IMG/VR virus record: IMGVR_UViG_3300028873_000026
Location: 1-58,646 of that record
Direction: 5' to 3' (one strand)
Length of the DNA stretch: 58,646 bases
From: a virus
Lineage: Duplodnaviria > Caudoviricetes
Shown: piece by piece, positions 53,070 to 58,646 of the stretch
Layout: every line of letters starts with the position of its first letter
Position numbering within the stretch: position 1 is the first letter of the stretch
Made by a program: the position numbers and the translations under genes
The notes under the pieces: model-generated
What the model was told of the DNA's origin: nothing
Seen by the model: only the letters and a program-made list of their open reading frames with translations
Database searches by the model: none

Positions 53070-54890
53070 TTAGTTGTTGAAGCCGTTCGAAGCGGGAGCC
53101 ACCGCTCCAGAGATCGCCGAGGCAGCGTTGCTCGAACCAGGACGACCAGGATAGGTCGGCACCAATTTCTGCTTCTGGAGGTTGCCTACAGCTATAGAGA
53201 GCAGCTCTTTTGCACGGTTGTACTTCGTCTGGAGAGCCGGGAGCCCCGCATAGTCCGGATGAAGAGCCGCTCGCTGCTGACCCTGTTGCACCGCCGCAAA
53301 AGCAGCTTGCTGTTGGGCCTGTGCAGCCTGAACACTCTGAGAGAGCGCCGTTGCAGCGTTGTTCTGGACAGACTTCGTGGCCAAGCCATCCGGATCAGCC
53401 ATATTGGCGATCTCGGCTTTCACACCGGCATCGTTCAGGTTGATGCTGTTTCGGCCGGGGTTTCCATGGAGCCAACCGCCTTCGGCATAGCTTCCATAGC
53501 GGTTGAGTAGCGCCGCCGCAGTCGCAGGGTTCATGGGTACTTTGGCTTGGGCGGCGTAGTCCAAGATCTTGTTCAGAGGATTCCGGATCAAATCCGGATC
53601 GATGGTCGAAAACTGCCCGTCTTTCTGACCCTTAAGGCCTGCCACGACATCCGCCATCGGCGTATTGTCTTTTTGGAGCTCAGTGTACTGGCCGGCAATG
53701 CCTGGAGCCGTATTCTGCCCGACGAACTGGCCTGCTTTGCTGGTGAGAGCCGTCGCTTGCATCTGTGCATTACGCTCGGCTTCGAGCATCGCATTGGGGG
53801 AGTTCGCCAACCACTTATCAACGGCATGAGGGCCAGCATTGTAGGCAGCAAGCGCCTGGGGGACGTTGCCGTTGTAGTGATCCAGCTGGTCTTTGAGGTA
53901 ATACTGACCTGCAAGCTCATTTGACGCTTGGTCGTTGATGTCCCCCTTGATGTCAGGATGGGCAGCCTTCAACTCTGCAAACGTCGCAGGCATCACCTGG
54001 GCGATACCTTTTGCCCCCTTCGACGAGGTGATCGTCTGACCAGTCTTCGGATCGATTTGCTGCCCAGAGGACTCCTGGTTCTTCAAAGCGCTCATGATCG
54101 CCGCAGCCTTCGCGTCATTGTCCATGCCGGACAGATCGGGAAGATTCGGGACGATTTTGTTCACATAGTTGCGAGTCTGGTCGTAAGGCCCAGGCGGAAT
54201 AGACGCAATGAAGCCTGCATTGTCGGAGATCAGGTTTCCTGAACCAGAGGTGCCACCGGCAGCGCCTGCAATCGCACCAGCTGCTCCATTGGGATTACCA
54301 GCCGCACCCGGAGCATACTTCGACTGAAGAGCCTCCATGGCTCGGGAATAGGCTCCAGGGGTGAGCGAACCTCGCTGGGCTTCCAAGAGAGCGCTGGCTT
54401 CGTCGAAGTTCGTCGCTTGGGGCGTGATCTGGGCCGTAACTTTCGCAGCCGAGTTCAGATCGTCGTAGTTGTTGCCCGTAATCTTGGTGTTCAGGTTCGT
54501 CTGACCGGTGCCAGCATTGATCGAGTTCACGTTCGCCTTGGCTAGATCCCCGGCATAGGGCAACTGAGCCTGCGTCATGGCATTGTTGAGGAGCGTCGTA
54601 GCCCGACTGTCGACGCCTTTGAGCGCATCGGGAGTCAGATTGGACCGGTCGACGCCATTGAACAAAGCTCCACCGGCAGCAGCAGCAGCCTGAGACTGAG
54701 CATCCGGGTACTGAACTTCGTTGTTGGCGAGAGCGCTCGCAGCTTGCTGCTGTTGCCAGTCGTGGAACTTGCCCAGACTGTCGCTCAGACCGCCAAAAGC
54801 ATTGTTTAGCGACCTCCCAGCAAGAGCCGTAGCCCCGAGAGAAGTGTTGAAATCCGGTGCGGCGACATCACGCCAGGTCAGGGTGGGCAT
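53070..54890 (-). CDS. Virion ejection protein (gp51-like) with lytic transglycosylase domain
   Basis: LTWRDVAAPDF N-terminus; QESSG, GAKGIAQVMPAT, ALAAYNAGP. Confidence 0.9.
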   Translation of the reverse strand: MPTLTWRDVAAPDFNTSLGATALAGRSLNNAFGGLSDSLGKFHDWQQQQAASALANNEVQYPDAQSQAAAAAGGALFNGVDRSNLTPDALKGVDSRATTLLNNAMTQAQLPYAGDLAKANVNSINAGTGQTNLNTKITGNNYDDLNSAAKVTAQITPQATNFDEASALLEAQRGSLTPGAYSRAMEALQSKYAPGAAGNPNGAAGAIAGAAGGTSGSGNLISDNAGFIASIPPGPYDQTRNYVNKIVPNLPDLSGMDNDAKAAAIMSALKNQESSGQQIDPKTGQTITSSKGAKGIAQVMPATFAELKAAHPDIKGDINDQASNELAGQYYLKDQLDHYNGNVPQALAAYNAGPHAVDKWLANSPNAMLEAERNAQMQATALTSKAGQFVGQNTAPGIAGQYTELQKDNTPMADVVAGLKGQKDGQFSTIDPDLIRNPLNKILDYAAQAKVPMNPATAAALLNRYGSYAEGGWLHGNPGRNSINLNDAGVKAEIANMADPDGLATKSVQNNAATALSQSVQAAQAQQQAAFAAVQQGQQRAALHPDYAGLPALQTKYNRAKELLSIAVGNLQKQKLVPTYPGRPGSSNAASAISGAVAPASNGFNN

Positions 54891-54903
54891 GGAGATGGTC
54901 CTC

Positions 54904-55377
54904 TCAGACGGTCGTCTTGAGCTGGTTCGCGTTCACGTAAGCCTGCTCTTGGCCCGGACTCTGATTCTCCATCTTCGCCCGAGAGCTCGCGATGTTGTTC
55001 AGGTTCGTATTGTAGGCGCCTGCCTGGTTCGAATAGTTGTCGCTGGCGAGCTGCTTGTTGAAATCAAAGCTCTTCTGGGCGAGCTGCGTGGCATTCCACG
55101 CAGTCCAGAGATTGCCGAGCGTCGAAAGGCCGCCGAGGGCGAGCTGTCCCGTGCCGACGTTCAGACCCAGACCCGTATTGAAACCGGCGCCGCTTGCACC
55201 GCCCACTCCAAGATTAGAACCGAGACCCGAAGCAGAGCCTCCAATTCCAGCAAGACCCGTGGGAGCCGCAGCAGTCGCTGTCGCCGTAGGAGACGCAGTG
55301 AGTGTGGCAAGCTGATCAGGAGAGATCCCCAAACCGGCCAGCTGAGCACCCGTCACATTGTAAGTCGCATCGGCCAT
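54904..55377 (-). CDS. Virion protein (gp52-like)
   Basis: G/A-rich N-terminus; NQAGAYNTNL; synteny. Confidence 0.8.
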   Translation of the reverse strand: MADATYNVTGAQLAGLGISPDQLATLTASPTATATAAAPTGLAGIGGSASGLGSNLGVGGASGAGFNTGLGLNVGTGQLALGGLSTLGNLWTAWNATQLAQKSFDFNKQLASDNYSNQAGAYNTNLNNIASSRAKMENQSPGQEQAYVNANQLKTTV

Positions 55378-55388
55378 CAGGGGCTCTT

Positions 55389-57761
55389 TCAGGTCATATT
55401 CGGGAGAGTGGTGCTAAGGTTCGCATCGCAGAAGTTGCTGATGTAACTCATTGAGAGGTTACAGACATCACTTCCGGTCATCAAAGTTCTGTTTAAGAAG
55501 TTCGAAGGCGCCTCAGCGACGATTGTCGAGTTGGGCACGTTTGGCAAGTTGACGTCGGTCAGCGATAGGGGATTGATTGCCAGGTCAGCTCCACCACCCG
55601 CCCCAAACATAGCGGTATATTGGGCCTCGACCTGTGCGTCAGCCGCATTATACTGGGCTTCCATCGTTTGTGTCGAGGCTTGTATCTTTTGAGCATCGCC
55701 TTGCAGAACTTGAGCGAAGCCATTGCCCGCAGACTCGGTGAGCTTCAGCAAATTGGTGGGCTGAAGCATCTGACCCAGAAGGGCAGAGGGAGTCGTGCCC
55801 ATGGCAAGGGCCGTTCCCACTTGCAGGGCGACGATCCCGGCGATAGCTCCAATGATTGCGCCGAGCTGAGGTCCAAAAAGGTCTGTGGACCCTACTTGGA
55901 TCAGCTGCACGAGCACGATGGCTGCCAGAGCATTCGCAACGGCTCCGACGATCGCAGCCGCGGTGCCTGAGAGCCCAAGGGACATACCCACAGAGAGGTT
56001 CGTGCCGAGCAAACCTCCAGCGCCAATGCCCAGACCTCCCGTAGCCACCGAGAGGGCGATCACCACGACGATCAAAAGCACTTTGAACCAGCCAGCTGTG
56101 TACCAAGGCGCAGTCACAACGGTGTAACTGTTGAAGACCAAGAAACAGCAAGCCGTTGCCATCTGTGTGCTCGTAATGAGCGACATCGAGGCATAGATCT
56201 CTTCGTTCAAAGGGATAATGAAGGGGCTCTCAGAGCTATCTGAGAGTGCAGCAATGGCTGTCGTGACCACCGTCTTGCCGCCATAGATGGCATTGGTGTG
56301 GGTCAGGTTGTAAATATCGAGCGCACGCCAGCTGTTCGAGTCGACTTGCCAGTACAAGCGAGTGTGGGTCTGCTCCTGCGTGGTGGGAAGCGAACCAATG
56401 GCAGCATTCACCCAGGCTGGAGCGCTGACAAAGGTGTTCGAAGTGTTCTCGAACCAGAACTCACCAGCCTTTGCCGGAACTCCCAGCTCGTTCATGAGCT
56501 GTCCCGAGCCCGTTGTCTCATTGAGACCGGCCCACGAGATCGTCATGTTGTAGTTCAAGATGGCATCGTTCGTGCTCGCCACCTGCACAGAGTAGCTCGG
56601 AGCAGCAGGGTATGGCACCACAGTGGGACTTGCAGTCCCATAAAGCGGGTTGGTGCTGTCGCTCTGAGCGACTTGCCACTCTGCCCAGGTTGCCATCGAC
56701 GCAGCAGCCACAGCATAAGCTGCTTGCCAGTCCTGGAACTCGCTGTTCGAGAGATTGAGCCCTTGCATAATGTCGAGAAAGAACTGGTAGATGTAGTTTC
56801 GACAGGCGTTCTCAGCCACGTTCAGCGAGACGCCGAACACAATGTAAGCGTAATCGATGTCGCCGACATTGGCGTTTGCTTTGATCTTGGTGACGATGTC
56901 GTCATATTTGGCGTTGAGCGACTTCGTAACCGCCTTCTTCGCCTGCGTGTAGACATCCGGCATGTAGGAAGCCGAGATGAAGTTCTTGTCCACCATGATG
57001 GGGATATAGGGAAAAAAGAGACCAGTGTCCGAGGTCGCCGTGAAGAGCGCATCGAACGCAGGATTTCCCGAGCCCTGCTTGTAAGCGAGAAACAGCACCT
57101 GGGTCCAAGTGTCTGGGACATAAGGCACTGCCGGAATATCCGGAGTCGGAGGAGGCCCGACAGTCGCAGGGATCTCTGGAGAACCAGGGGTGCCAGGGAT
57201 CCCATAGTTGTAGGCGACATAGAGATACTGGGCAGTGGCGTCGAAAGGGGGAAGCGTGAATGTGGTCGTCGTCGTGTCTGCGAAAGTGATCGTGACGACG
57301 CCGGTGCTTCCGTTGAGATCGCAGGTGTAGGCCGTGTTCAGGAGGGTCGGATAATTCTCGACCATGAACTCGTTGACCCAGAAGGTGAAATCAAACTGCC
57401 CGATCGAGCTTGCTTGGATGACCAGACTTTGGCCAGCCGGAGGAGGCGGAAGCAAAGGCTTCAGAACTGTCGGGTCAAGAGCCGAAGTGAGGCTCAGAGG
57501 CGTGGTTGAAATGCCCACCAAGTCATCGTAGCCAAAGTCCCGAGCCCACCTCGAAAAGCCTCGAAGCTGGATGCCAGGACCATTGATGTAAGCGTTCTGG
57601 AGCTGCTCGGTGATCGACTGATCGCTATCGGAAAGCACAGCCCCCAGCGTCGTCGTATCGAGGAAATTCGGCCTCTTATTGACGTCACCAGCCAGATTAT
57701 AGACGGTAGACGACACGCTGATCGTCTTCGTCGGACTAAAAAAGTCGCTCCAGAAGCTCAT
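55389..57761 (-). CDS. Virion protein (gp53-like) with C-terminal hydrophobic helices
   Basis: VSSTVYNLAGD, FIIPL, WYTAGWFK, FLNRTLMTGSD. Confidence 0.85.
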   Translation of the reverse strand: MSFWSDFFSPTKTISVSSTVYNLAGDVNKRPNFLDTTTLGAVLSDSDQSITEQLQNAYINGPGIQLRGFSRWARDFGYDDLVGISTTPLSLTSALDPTVLKPLLPPPPAGQSLVIQASSIGQFDFTFWVNEFMVENYPTLLNTAYTCDLNGSTGVVTITFADTTTTTFTLPPFDATAQYLYVAYNYGIPGTPGSPEIPATVGPPPTPDIPAVPYVPDTWTQVLFLAYKQGSGNPAFDALFTATSDTGLFFPYIPIMVDKNFISASYMPDVYTQAKKAVTKSLNAKYDDIVTKIKANANVGDIDYAYIVFGVSLNVAENACRNYIYQFFLDIMQGLNLSNSEFQDWQAAYAVAAASMATWAEWQVAQSDSTNPLYGTASPTVVPYPAAPSYSVQVASTNDAILNYNMTISWAGLNETTGSGQLMNELGVPAKAGEFWFENTSNTFVSAPAWVNAAIGSLPTTQEQTHTRLYWQVDSNSWRALDIYNLTHTNAIYGGKTVVTTAIAALSDSSESPFIIPLNEEIYASMSLITSTQMATACCFLVFNSYTVVTAPWYTAGWFKVLLIVVVIALSVATGGLGIGAGGLLGTNLSVGMSLGLSGTAAAIVGAVANALAAIVLVQLIQVGSTDLFGPQLGAIIGAIAGIVALQVGTALAMGTTPSALLGQMLQPTNLLKLTESAGNGFAQVLQGDAQKIQASTQTMEAQYNAADAQVEAQYTAMFGAGGGADLAINPLSLTDVNLPNVPNSTIVAEAPSNFLNRTLMTGSDVCNLSMSYISNFCDANLSTTLPNMT

Positions 57762-57775
57762 TGGTTCAAAGCCCC

Positions 57776-58486
57776 TTAGGCAACGGGGGCGCCAAAGCCG
57801 TTGTTGGACATGATCGAGGTGAGCACCAGGTTCACGGAGTCATTCGTGAAGCCGTTGGGCGGGAGAAGGCCGTCATCGATCGTTTTCTGGGTGATCCAGG
57901 CATCCGTGAAGATCTTCGCAGCCTTCACCTCGGCATCTCGCTGGTAGGAGATGATCTGCTGCTTGTAGAGAGCTTCCTGAGCGCCCATGACGCCAGCAAT
58001 GGGAACGCCATCCAAGCGAGTGTCCGAAGTCTGAGCCCGTTGCGCATCACCCTGTTCGGCGACAAGAGCGAACTGAGCCGGCAAGATGTTCTGGTAGGTA
58101 AAGCGAGCAGTTTCCATGGCGATACGCCCTGTGATCGCCTGGATTTGAGCCGTCTGCGAGCTCCAGAAGCTGGCGTCAGCGCCAAGCACGAACTGCACCG
58201 CGGTTTGCATCGCAGCAGCCGTGAGGTCCGTGAAAGCCTTCGTGTATTCAGCACCGGTGATCCGGTTGTTCTCGTACTCGTGCTTGAGCTGGGCTTTCAT
58301 TCCAGCCATCAGCTGGTCGAAAGCGCCAGTTCCGCCCACGGAACCCGTAGTCACCCGCGAGATGTTCATGGGCTGAACGGCAGCATACATCGTATCCGTT
58401 CCCAGCTCCGGAAGCTGGAAAAGCGAAGACGTGATGTCGACCGGATTGATCGTGGCGAGGTCTACGGTGTCGGTCGTGTTCGTCAT
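57776..58486 (-). CDS. Virion/tail protein (gp54-like)
   Basis: GTGAFDQLM, RITGAEY, DAWITQKTID. Confidence 0.85.
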   Translation of the reverse strand: MTNTTDTVDLATINPVDITSSLFQLPELGTDTMYAAVQPMNISRVTTGSVGGTGAFDQLMAGMKAQLKHEYENNRITGAEYTKAFTDLTAAAMQTAVQFVLGADASFWSSQTAQIQAITGRIAMETARFTYQNILPAQFALVAEQGDAQRAQTSDTRLDGVPIAGVMGAQEALYKQQIISYQRDAEVKAAKIFTDAWITQKTIDDGLLPPNGFTNDSVNLVLTSIMSNNGFGAPVA

Positions 58487-58500
58487 GTGCTGCGGCCCTT

Positions 58501-58541
58501 AAAAGAAAGGCCCACTGGCTCTTTTTGGAACCAAGTGGGCC
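58501..58541 (-). terminator. Rho-independent terminator
   Basis: GGCCCACT/AGTGGGCC stem followed by TTTCTTTT on the minus strand. Confidence 0.75.
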
Positions 58542-58564
58542 AATAAACACTCGAACTCAGAAGG

Positions 58565-58646
58565 TCAGAGCGACTCTTCGTTGGCCCCAGCGAAGACGCC
58601 GGCAGCAGCCTGGGCCGTGGCGAGCTTGTCGAGTTCGGACCGCGTG
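58565..58646 (-). CDS. C-terminal end of gp55-like protein (partial)
   Basis: TRSELDKLATAQAAAGVFAGANEESL-stop; synteny. Confidence 0.65.
   Translation of the reverse strand, partial: TRSELDKLATAQAAAGVFAGANEESL

Noticed and set aside
42395-58546. Long plus-strand ORFs opposite vRNAP and virion genes (e.g. 43866-45053, 49908-51353, 56298-57509)
   Set aside because: Antisense shadows expected from GC-rich codon bias; no motifs.

Overview
The whole window is phage DNA from an N4-like (Schitoviridae) podophage; I see no host genes. Diagnostic features are a giant virion RNA polymerase (~3,530 aa), a split two-subunit RNAP II, N4-type hairpin promoters, gp1/gp2-like early genes, rIIA/rIIB, a helicase-DNA polymerase-primase-SSB replication block and a terminase. 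The contig appears to run across the physical genome ends (late genes end ~8.0 kb, early genes start ~9.2 kb). Capsid, portal and lysis genes must lie outside the window. Unusual points: (1) a temperate module (xis, tyrosine integrase, intact attP) whose core is the 5' half of tRNA-Ser(UGA); (2) several long intergenic regions that fold by eye into multi-branched RNAs, the best being a ~400-nt candidate at 19.6-20.0 kb with its own terminator; (3) a tail-module protein, missing from the ORF track, fused to a GH5 cellulase, with an Ig-like domain split between two genes; (4) a Tad2-like plus Acb4-like anti-defence cluster; (5) a genome-wide over-represented 11-mer, TGAACCAAGGA; (6) an apparently circularly permuted lytic transglycosylase domain. 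All family assignments come from motif recognition and N4 synteny, and all RNA structures were paired by eye. No searches or folding programs were run.
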